Origin: Porphyridium purpureum
Taxonomy: Eukaryota
Assembly (NCBI GenBank): GCA_008690995.1
Contig: VRMN01000002.1
Coordinates: 992,001-1,056,000, forward strand
Length of the DNA stretch: 64,000 nt
Direction of reading: 5' to 3'
In this document: piece by piece, positions 31,463 through 40,623 of the stretch
How the letters are laid out: each line of letters begins with the position of its first letter
Position numbering within the stretch: the first letter of the stretch is position 1
Program-made: the position numbers and the translations under genes
The notes under the pieces: model-generated
What the model was told of the DNA's origin: nothing
Database searches by the model: none
The model's input: the letters and a program-made list of their open reading frames with translations, nothing else

Positions 31463-34400
31463 CTCCTTATGGTGCAGGTGGCGATATGTGGGATTTCCGG
31501 CCGCACAGCGCCACTGCGCCGCTGGAGAGGTGTGTTTGTGGATACGGGCGCCCCGATTTCGGTCGCAGGCGTGGCCGCATTTTTCGAATATTGTGAAACC
31601 GTAGGGTCACCTAAGACACTTGAACCCGTACCAAAAGAACTCCCAACACTTGTCTGGGGAAAGCGCCTGGAGCCGGTCGGAGTCGGGACCGTGCGTGTCG
31701 GGATTGGTGCAGACGCCTTTCTTTCTTTCCATTTCATTGTGGTCCAAGGCTCAAATCTGCCCATCCTCATCGGCAACGACGAACTCGAGCGTCACCGACT
31801 GAACGTGGTACGTGAACCACCACCTCTACGACTACAAGGGCCGAACTTTGACATCCGTTTAGAAGTGGCGCCTTCCAAACACATATCGATCCCGGCAAAT
31901 TCGTTTTCGAAAGGATTATTCCATGTGGAGTCATCCGAACAAGCTTTACTGTTCACAGACGCCGAGCTCAAAAATATTCACAAAAGATTCGGACACGCAA
32001 GCGCCGCCCAGATGAAGAAGATACTGCGCCTTTCTGGGAACCCGTTGTCATCAGAACAGTACAAGAAACTACACGACATGCTGCGCGTGTGTGATATTTG
32101 CCAGTGGTATTCCGGGCGGCGAAGCAGCTTTAAAGTTGCTGCGGAAATTGAGGTTTCATTTAACCACAATGTATCGCTTGACATCATGTACTTGAATCCA
32201 GATGCAACAAGTCCATCCATCCCGGTTCTACACGCAGTCTGCAATGGCACAAAGCTCAACGGGGCATGGTTTGTGTCCGGAGAAACTGCTCAAGACCTGT
32301 TCTGTTTATTTTTCCGGGGATGGATATCTGTATTCGGTAGTCCGCATCGAATCACAGTGGACCACCAGAGTAATTTTGCGTCAGCCGACTTTAAGGCGCT
32401 CATGCTAGGGGAGTGCTCTGTCGTAGACGTCGTCCCCATAGAGTCGCATTGGTCCCAAGGAACGGTGGAACGACACCATGAGCCTCTACGGAAAACGTAT
32501 CTACGAGTCCGCCGCGACCAACCAGGTTTGACTCCAGAGGACTCTCTCGCCATCGCTGTACGGGCGGTCAATGTAACCACCGGCCCAGAAGGTGTAATTC
32601 CCAGCCTTCTGGTGTTTGGGACAATACCACGACTGGCCATGCGACCAGAATCGGCCCGAGAAGATTCCCGCGAAATGAATGTTGCCCGCCTTTCCGCGGC
32701 CATAATTGCGCGGGGCGCGTATGAACGCGCCATTGCAGAATATCGTGTGAAAGCAGCATTGGCGAGCCGAGCCCCTGAATTTCCGCGGGAGGGGGACAGA
32801 ATTGAAGCTGGAGTCCCGGTCCTCGTGCGCCGCGAAGAAGCGTATGAGTATGGGGGCCCGTTTGTGTGCGCCAAGGTTGATGGAAACCGGGTGTGGGTGC
32901 TCGTGCCGAATATGAGAGGTCCGGCAAGACAATTATCATTCAGCATCCACAATGTGAAACCATATTTGCGAGCCACAGACGTACGGGAAAATCTAATTCT
33001 CAAGCTCGATAGCGCAGACCATGTCGAGGATGATTTATGGAAAGAAGCAAAGGAAAAGGAGCTTCGTGGCTTAATCGATCGAGGCACTCTTGAAGCAGTG
33101 CATGAAGTACCGCCGGGCGCGACTTTATTAGGCTCGCGAATGGAAAACACCGTCAAGGCAGACGGTACCTTCAAATCCCGCTTCGTCGCACAAGGCATCA
33201 AAACACGGGATCCGGGCGCGGAATCCACAACCATAAATGCGCCAACGCTATCGCGGTTTATGATGCGCACGATCTTTTCCATAGCAGTGATCCGGGGGCA
33301 TAGAATCGCATACCGCGATTTTGCTCAAGCATACTTGCAGAGTGAGTGGGACCTATCGCGCAAAGTATTCATCCGGCTAAAGTCTGACGTGCGGGACATC
33401 CTTTCCAAAATCACGGAAAGTGTATTCCCTCAATACGCCCGGATAGTCAAGCCATTGTATGGACTCAGAGAGTCGGGGACCTACTGGCATGCCACACTGA
33501 CCAAGCGACTCCGTGATATAGGCTTTAATACGGCCGGTCTCGACCCTTGCGTCTTCTATCTCCGATCCGAAGAATCATTCCTCGGCGGTGTCGGCGTGCT
33601 TGTGGACGATTCTTTGATTTTTGGCGAAGAGGCGGCGTTCGCCGCAGAGTCCAAAGTTGCCTCTGGACTCGATAACAAAGGTCGTTTCGATCCGCCTTTT
33701 ACATTCAATGGGACACATGTCACCACCCGAGGACGGACTTTGACAATAGACCAAGATGCTTATGTCCAAAGATGCTTCGGATCAAGCATCCCGAATGTGC
33801 AGACCTTCGAGGAATTTCGCTCAATACGCGGCAAGCTGGCCTACTTGTCATCAGGCACGCGCCCAGACATCCAGTGCGCAACAGCCAAATTGGCCCAAGT
33901 GACAGCAAGCTCTTTTACTCAAGAACACGCGAGAAAGGTTGTGCGACTCGCCAAGTATGTGAACCATCACCGAGTACAAGTGCGATATGCCCCACTAGAC
34001 CCAGCGACGCTAAGGATACGCGTATTTGCAGATGCCAGTTACGCCTCTAATCACGACCACACTTCCCAACTTGGTTTCGCGATTTTCCTTGGTGACTCAT
34101 CTGACACAGTACACCATCTGCATTCTTCGTCACATAAGGCCAAACAGGTGGCACACTCAGCCATGAGTGCTGAACTTCTGGCTTTGGTGTTGGCATACGA
34201 TTTCGCTGAAGGCATACAGAACGAACTACATCAGTGCGGGCTAGATGCGCCCATTGTCCTCGCCACTGACTCAAAGCAAATATACGACTCGGTTGCAAGC
34301 AGCTCCATTCTCCAGGAAAAGAGGCAGATGATTCGACTTCTGCTTCTCCGGGAAGGCATGGCGCTGGGGCGGATCGCAGAACTTGTGCATGTCGCGGGCG

Positions 34401-34516
34401 CCAACAATGTTGCCGACGCGCTCACCAAAGAGCGCGACTGCCCGCTCTGGCGACGCGTGTTACGCCACGGTAAACTAGCGGACGTTGCCAGCGCGCGTGT
34501 GTATCTACTTCAGTAG
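31463..34516 (+). CDS. pol: Retrotransposon Pol (protease, integrase, RT, RNase H), in frame with gag
   Basis: PR 'FVDTGA'; IN 'HKRFGH..CDIC', 'DIMY', 'VDHQSNF', 'VERHH'; RT 'KSRFVAQG', 'KPLYGLRESG', 'LVDD'; RH 'FADASY', 'TDSK', 'NVADALTK'. Confidence 0.95.
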   Translation, partial: LLMVQVAICGISGRTAPLRRWRGVFVDTGAPISVAGVAAFFEYCETVGSPKTLEPVPKELPTLVWGKRLEPVGVGTVRVGIGADAFLSFHFIVVQGSNLPILIGNDELERHRLNVVREPPPLRLQGPNFDIRLEVAPSKHISIPANSFSKGLFHVESSEQALLFTDAELKNIHKRFGHASAAQMKKILRLSGNPLSSEQYKKLHDMLRVCDICQWYSGRRSSFKVAAEIEVSFNHNVSLDIMYLNPDATSPSIPVLHAVCNGTKLNGAWFVSGETAQDLFCLFFRGWISVFGSPHRITVDHQSNFASADFKALMLGECSVVDVVPIESHWSQGTVERHHEPLRKTYLRVRRDQPGLTPEDSLAIAVRAVNVTTGPEGVIPSLLVFGTIPRLAMRPESAREDSREMNVARLSAAIIARGAYERAIAEYRVKAALASRAPEFPREGDRIEAGVPVLVRREEAYEYGGPFVCAKVDGNRVWVLVPNMRGPARQLSFSIHNVKPYLRATDVRENLILKLDSADHVEDDLWKEAKEKELRGLIDRGTLEAVHEVPPGATLLGSRMENTVKADGTFKSRFVAQGIKTRDPGAESTTINAPTLSRFMMRTIFSIAVIRGHRIAYRDFAQAYLQSEWDLSRKVFIRLKSDVRDILSKITESVFPQYARIVKPLYGLRESGTYWHATLTKRLRDIGFNTAGLDPCVFYLRSEESFLGGVGVLVDDSLIFGEEAAFAAESKVASGLDNKGRFDPPFTFNGTHVTTRGRTLTIDQDAYVQRCFGSSIPNVQTFEEFRSIRGKLAYLSSGTRPDIQCATAKLAQVTASSFTQEHARKVVRLAKYVNHHRVQVRYAPLDPATLRIRVFADASYASNHDHTSQLGFAIFLGDSSDTVHHLHSSSHKAKQVAHSAMSAELLALVLAYDFAEGIQNELHQCGLDAPIVLATDSKQIYDSVASSSILQEKRQMIRLLLLREGMALGRIAELVHVAGANNVADALTKERDCPLWRRVLRHGKLADVASARVYLLQ

Positions 34517-34622
34517 AACATTCTCACGTTTTTCGGAGAAGGTTAATTTGCGCTTACGCAAGCAGGTTCAACGTTGAGCATCGCACTCGCGCTCAGCAAA
34601 CAACAAAACGAGGTCGGGCTAG

Positions 34623-35040
34623 TGTCAGAAAGTTCACTCTTCCAAGCCACTGTACTAAGAGATGCACCTCGCATCGCTTCTCCGGGCTGTCGACAGGCAC
34701 GGGATCATGCCGAGCCTCGCAAGATAGTTCTCACGCAGGATCTCGTCCCACGCCAGCCCGGCGTACAGCGGTCACCTCGTGCGAAGTATATAAAGTGGAC
34801 TCCGTCTCCCGCAAGCTAATGACGGGAGAAAAAGGAGGACCAGAGATGAGCGTAGTGAAGAACATTTAGTTAAAAAGGGTTTGTTGTCCTTATAAGCAGC
34901 AAGGGATTCTGAAGATCACCTCCTGCAGACCGACCTCACGTCCGTGGTGGCGGGCCCACTGCCTGACGTGTAGCAGTTCTTCCCTACGCCTTCGCGGTCT
35001 CTCCGGGGCACAAAACCCCGTAAAACCGGTTTTTGTGACA
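34623..35040 (+). repeat. 3' LTR
   Basis: 418-bp copy of the 5' LTR followed by TSD TCCGG. Confidence 0.97.
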
Positions 35041-35091
35041 TCCGGAGGCTGTGTATCTCAACGTGGTGGTGTGAGAAGAACTCTGCCCATC

Positions 35092-35688
35092 ATGGTTGCG
35101 TTCGTCAACAGTGTGGGTCTCTGTGCCCGGCGAGCCCACCCGTCTGGACTCGATACGGTTCGCATGCACGCGCAGTCCAGGCCACATGAAAACGACGCGC
35201 GCTCGGGACTAACGCGTCGTGCATTTGTCGCCCTGGTTGGCTCGAGCTGGATCGCGGGCAGCGCGCTTCAGCCCGCACGGGCGGACCGGACGGGCAAGTT
35301 CTCAACGAAACTTACCGCAAAGCGGCGCTACCTGCCGCGTATCGAAAAGGGCTCCGCAGCGCTTTCAGAGTTGCTTGTTGCGCTCTCAAACGAGTCGTCG
35401 TCGTCGCAGGATTGGCACGACGAGGTAAATGCCTTCGTCAAGACCACCGGGGAGGACATGGCGTCCGCTATGTCGCTCTTCTGTACGACGTACTATTCCG
35501 AGGGAAACAAGCTATCCAAGCTGGAAAAGGATTTGACCGAGGCAGCGAAGAGTATGCAGGCACATTTCAGAAACATGGATGGGGCAAAGTCGCGGGCTTC
35601 AGCGCTTGAAGAGCTACGAGCTGCCGCTCAAGACTTGAATTCCTATATTTCCATGGGCAAGCTGGATATTCCGTTGATTGTTGTATAA
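35092..35688 (+). CDS. Tat-targeted thylakoid lumen protein (helical; possibly PsbQ/Psb31-like)
   Basis: 'MVAFV' transit peptide, twin-Arg signal 'TRRAFVALVG...ARA', mature start 'DRTGKFSTKLTAKRRYLPRI'. Confidence 0.75.
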   Translation: MVAFVNSVGLCARRAHPSGLDTVRMHAQSRPHENDARSGLTRRAFVALVGSSWIAGSALQPARADRTGKFSTKLTAKRRYLPRIEKGSAALSELLVALSNESSSSQDWHDEVNAFVKTTGEDMASAMSLFCTTYYSEGNKLSKLEKDLTEAAKSMQAHFRNMDGAKSRASALEELRAAAQDLNSYISMGKLDIPLIVV

Positions 35689-35692
35689 CGCT

Positions 35693-36766
35693 TCATGCTT
35701 CGAGGTTTTCTATGAGAGTAGTTAGTGCGTGGTTGCAGGCGGCATGACTGAGACCCAGCTCGGCAGATTTCTTCACGACCCAGCCATTAAGCGCTTGAAT
35801 TTCAGTCTTCTTGCCTGCCTTTAAATCCTGCAGCATCGAGTTGCAGTTTGGGCCTGTTCGCTCAGCAACGTCGAGAACAAGGGATTCAATATCTGCAAAC
35901 TTGAACGGGTTCTGTGGCGTCATGGCGTTCTGAAGTGCGAGCGCTTCGTGGAGCACGGCTGTGCGAAGTTTTGCCGCTTGCTCGTCTGCCTTGTATTCAC
36001 CATTTGTCAACCTGAAAAGCGATGCGATTGGGTTCAGACTACAATTGACGAGAAATTTCTTCCATACTTGGTCCATCGCCGCTCCGTGATCGATGACAGA
36101 AATACCGAAAAGCCCTCTTTGCCCTTGGTCGTTTTCAAACAGGTTTGCAAATTCCGTTAGAACTTTTCTTTGCTTGAAGGAGGTTGCTCCCAAGTACGTC
36201 TGTCCCACACCATTGTGGAATACGTCGAACCGGTTGTCGACGATATTCAGATCGAGATGACTTCCATGATATGTAACACCCACAACGGATCTTTCCATGC
36301 CCACGCTGCTCCAAAGAGCCTCAAGATTCCCGAGCCCATTCGCTAGAGACACGGCCACGCCATGGCCTGGCGCCGGCCCTAGAACATCACGGATACGCTG
36401 CTGATTGACAGGCAAGCCAATTGCGTGACTCTTCAAAGCAACCAGCGCGATATCTGCATGACCACCGAGACAGTCCACCGCTTGTTGCGCGGTTTCCACG
36501 CAGTCTAAAGACACGCTCAACGCCTCTGAACCGACGCCCCAGGCCTGCTGCGCATCACGACCGCGCGGGTACACATTCACGGCCCTCGCATGGGCTCCAC
36601 CTTGCTGTTCGCGCACTTTCGAAGTCACAACCACAAGTCGTCCTGGGAATGAGCAGTGCACCAGACGAGCCGCAAACAGGAGCCCGATTGCTCCACCCCC
36701 AATCACTGCCACCCGCATGAGTAGGGGAACGCTTTGTGCGCTGCATGCAACATGGCCGTTCGCCAC
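35693..36766 (-). CDS. panE: 2-dehydropantoate 2-reductase (ketopantoate reductase)
   Basis: 'VIGGGAIG', 'ALKS', 'LANGLG', 'WKKFLVNCSLNP', 'NSMLQDL..GKKTEIQALNG'. Confidence 0.92.
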   Translation of the reverse strand: MANGHVACSAQSVPLLMRVAVIGGGAIGLLFAARLVHCSFPGRLVVVTSKVREQQGGAHARAVNVYPRGRDAQQAWGVGSEALSVSLDCVETAQQAVDCLGGHADIALVALKSHAIGLPVNQQRIRDVLGPAPGHGVAVSLANGLGNLEALWSSVGMERSVVGVTYHGSHLDLNIVDNRFDVFHNGVGQTYLGATSFKQRKVLTEFANLFENDQGQRGLFGISVIDHGAAMDQVWKKFLVNCSLNPIASLFRLTNGEYKADEQAAKLRTAVLHEALALQNAMTPQNPFKFADIESLVLDVAERTGPNCNSMLQDLKAGKKTEIQALNGWVVKKSAELGLSHAACNHALTTLIENLEA

Positions 36767-38649
36767 TTGAGCAATGGCTGTGTCAAACAGTTTATCGGAC
36801 TGGTGTTGCGCCGCCAGCTTCTACCAGTCATCAACGTGGTGATAGCTCCGGCCGGGGCTGGAGGATTGGCATGTTCGATAACGCGCCGCGTCCGTGCCCG
36901 TGGCATGCCGGGTTCAGCTGGGGCCTGTATGACCCGCATGGCCTAGAATTTACGGAGTTGTCGTGTCGTTCTGGCTTCGAAAGCACACAGGGCGGGCCTG
37001 TTCTCGGTGCAAATGTAACCGTCGATCCGAACGTATCAGCGGGTATCTCGACCTTTGCTGCACGCGCAGAGGACGTTGAAGATAAGGCCGTATTCGGCGG
37101 GCTACGCAATGGGTTCGTCAAGCGAACGCTTGTTCAGGATGACACACATTGCTTGGTGCATGGGTATTGCTGCTAGGGCCGACTCGCCCAGCACGACTTT
37201 CAGTCTTCCAAAGACGATCCCATTTTATGGCTGTGTTATGCAGACTCTTGCATAATTCGCATGGTGGACGCCATGGACTCCCTCATTCTCGACTTTTTCA
37301 AGCTCGAGGACGAAGCGGTCGCCGATGACGGCACAGTCGAGGACGAAGCGGTCGCCGATGACAGCACACTCGAAGCTCGTAGCCTGACTGGCTGAGCGTT
37401 CCGCAACCTGCTGTTAACCCACGGGCAATACGCTCGTTGTTGTCGCTTACGGTTGAGTCCTGCCGCAAGATTTTCCACGACTCCTTGTACGCAACGCTGG
37501 TACGCCGTGTTGCTGCGCAAAATGGCCGAGCGACGGCACGAAGCACGGGCGAATTCGAAATGAAATCAGATCATGAGAACGAGGAATCAAAACAGCACGA
37601 ACGCATGAAGCGGAGCAGTCGCGGTAGTCGAGGCACACCTCAAGCGGAACTGCGCGGGCAGGTTCAGGGCTGCTCGACATGGTTTTGTGACCTGGAAACT
37701 CGACAACGTGAGCTTTTTGAAGCATGCGCGACCTGGCGGTCTTCCGAGCAGTCCTTCTGACCACAGTTGGTCCTTATTTTTGTGCCTCGCGTCGGCTCCC
37801 GCTGTTCGTAAAGTTGGCGTGGCGTGCACTGGCAAGAAAACTGGCTAGACCGGGAGAGCAAATAGTCGGCCTGACTTTGCGCCCAGTGGCGTTACGACCC
37901 TCGGCTTCGTAAAGGTGGCGCTCCATGAGCATACTTGGCGATAAGGTGGTTTCGTGCATGTTTTGTCTGCATGACGAACGCTGTCAGAGCGAGGGAAAAG
38001 GCCGGGACCAGCAGCTCGGGCCTGACGCAATGTTTCCGGACAAGAAACAGTTTAGCGCTACAGATGAGCGCTTCGCGTACTTGAGCACGCTCAGTGAATG
38101 CATTGGTGATTGCGCGGGCGATGGAAGCGACATTACATTGTGCGGTGTGCCAAGGAGCAATACCTAAATTTAAGTGGCTTTGCGAGGAGAGTTATGTTTA
38201 CGACCAATTCTTGTGAAGAGCGAGGAACGCGGTCGTGACCGGAAATGCGACCGGTAAGTTCAGATCCGCATGTTACTTTGACCTTTTAGTATCACGCGGA
38301 AGGTTGCCACAATCTCGAAAAGTCATGGGCAGACATTTAATGAACGGCCGCGGTATTGAATTGCAGATCACGAGCGTCCAAAAGCCTTGACACTCTTATG
38401 ATGCCCTGCTTCTTGTTCATCAACATGCCATATTCTGCAGCTGTTCTTGCTGCATCGCACGCGAACAGTGAAAGCGACAAACGAGCTCTTCGCGTTCATA
38501 CTTCTTCCAAATCGCGCCTCATTTAACACACGTTTTTGACCGTGGGCTCAAGCAATCGCGATTCTGCTGCACCTACTGCTGGAGCGCGCACGCACTTGCA
38601 GTAATGTTTCAAGAAACCGCGCTTCGTCCTTGGCCAAGCAGAATACGAA

Positions 38650-39870
38650 TTGTTCCATGGCCACATTCGAGCACCCAAGCGCTGCCGTAAAGGGTCTACT
38701 TTAGTTGATGCGGGAGATGGTCGCTCGCTTTCGTGTCTCTGCGCTCGTAATTTTCCACTGCTGGTGGCGCTGATTGTTTTGGGACTCGTGACGTTGAGAG
38801 CCCATCAGTTGTCGCATGCAACACAGTGGACTTCATCGTCTCACACGGAGATGATTGCGTCAGTAAGGCACGAGAATGAGTCGTGGGTGGAGCACCTGGT
38901 CGTGCGTGGAGGAATGCAGATTCCTTCAGATGTACGCGAGTGCGAGGCTTGCCAGAACGTCGATCATCGCGACCATCAAATATGGAGCGCAGTAGCGCGA
39001 GCATTTGTTCAGTGGACGTCTCGCCCGGTGCAGTTGAAATCGCACGTGGAAGAGCGGACGCTGGTTTGCATTCATCCGTTGGACGCATCGGTTGCTGCAG
39101 TGCTCAGTTTGCGTAGCCGAACGAATGTACTGGAGCTCAGCGTCTACGTGCAATTCTTCAAAGGTGCGTCAGGTAGCCATCACATATCTTGAGTGCAGAT
39201 TCCGGATGCTCTGTGACGAACTGGAGGTGTCCGTAGAGCAAGAAGCTGATTCTGCGAAATCAGCGTTTGCACGCGAGGCTTCTGGTATATTCTTGCGCAA
39301 AGGCGCACTGCAGATGATCAAGCAACCCACTCGTCAGCTTCTTGCGCGCAACCCTTGCTCGTGTGAAAGTCGCTCACTGAAAGTCGTGCAGGGGACTCTC
39401 GGTCCGTTGCTGGAGCACGTCGAGGCGGCGATGCTTTCTCTGATGCCCAAAGGGCCCAAGACTGATACCATGCGCATCAGTATCGCAAGCGCCAATGTTG
39501 TGGGAGCAGAGGCTTGAGTTTGGAGAACAGTGGACCATGCAATATCGGCACGCAAGTCAATGCTGCTTGGCCAGCTCGTGCTTTGGAACATTTAACATGG
39601 CCTGATCACCGGTCGTGCGGCCAGCACAGGCAGCACAAGTGACCAGAACGATCATTGTGAAACTGGTTATTAGATCTTCATGCAGCGGAGCGGTGTCAAA
39701 TTGCGAAAGATGCCATTCGTGCATTCGGATTTGAGCAAGCCAACATGCGCGCCCATGAGACAGTTTCTCGGGGTGCGCTGTACGCGCAACAGAAATGAAA
39801 CGCAAAAGTGTGCACTGCTGAGACACCCATTGGCCCACGCAGCCCTCTCATCGTCGAGACTTCCGTAGCA
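38650..39870 (+). pseudogene. Possibly disrupted gene for a type II membrane protein
   Basis: Protein-like ORF 38650-39192 with one TM, followed by coding-like ORFs in other frames (39092-39517, 39680-39868). Confidence 0.25.
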
Positions 39871-40285
39871 AGCGCTGCACATCAGAGAATTACGGTTCCG
39901 GTTTCGAATACGGTCATGACTTGGCAACAGCCCTGCCATTCTCCCAAATTCTTGCAGAGCAGGGTGCAAATCTGGAGCCGTCCGTCGGCAATCCAGTAGC
40001 GCTGTCACCCTGTTCCCATAGGCCGTGCCTGGAGCAATCCGGGCACCTGCACAGTCTGCCACCAGCACGTGCACGTCTCCCGCCACTGCGTGATGCACAG
40101 GCAATCTGGTTTAAATGGTTCGAACAGGAACGCACGGTGAGTGAAACCGATAAACCGATACGCATTTTGTCATTTTGGGCTTGATTCCGATAGTGTACAG
40201 TATTACTGTACTACGTTGGGCAGAAAGTCGAGGACGCAGAGCGGCAAGGCGATACCCAGGACGGAAGCAGGCGATCGCCCGCGCA

Positions 40286-40600
40286 ATGCAGACGCTTGAA
40301 CACAGGGGAGGGGTGCAGTTCGTGGCGTTTGTAAGTGGCGTGGCTGTTTCAGCGGCAGAAAGAGCTGGGTGTGTATCTGCTGCTTCCGCAGCCGCTCCGC
40401 GCTTGTCTTCCCGCTCGGCAAACCGCCGAGTTCGGACGTTTCGATCAGCACAGAAGTACGTGGTGCACGCGCGGAAGGACCCGGAGAACCGGGATCCGGC
40501 CGACGAACCTGATCTATTTGTGCCGGTGTTTGCTGTCGTGGCGATTATGGGTTACTCGCTCATCATCTTGTACGACTTTCTGAAGAACTTTCGCCACTAG
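40286..40600 (+). CDS. Small plastid-targeted single-TM protein
   Basis: 'VAFVSG' plus S/A/R-rich transit peptide; mature part 'DPADEPDLFVPVFAVVAIMGYSLIILYDFLK'. Confidence 0.65.
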   Translation: MQTLEHRGGVQFVAFVSGVAVSAAERAGCVSAASAAAPRLSSRSANRRVRTFRSAQKYVVHARKDPENRDPADEPDLFVPVFAVVAIMGYSLIILYDFLKNFRH

Positions 40601-40623
40601 CTCGGTTCCACATTGCAAGCAAC

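Larger units (their letters stand above)
29601..35040 (+). mobile_element. Intact Ty1/Copia LTR retrotransposon (GalEa-like), 5440 bp
   Basis: Two 418-bp TG..CA LTRs, 5-bp TSD TCCGG (29596-29600 / 35041-35045), domain order gag-PR-IN-RT-RH. Confidence 0.97.

Noticed and set aside
32290..33282. 330-aa antisense ORF within pol
   Set aside because: Typical antisense shadow with no recognisable motifs
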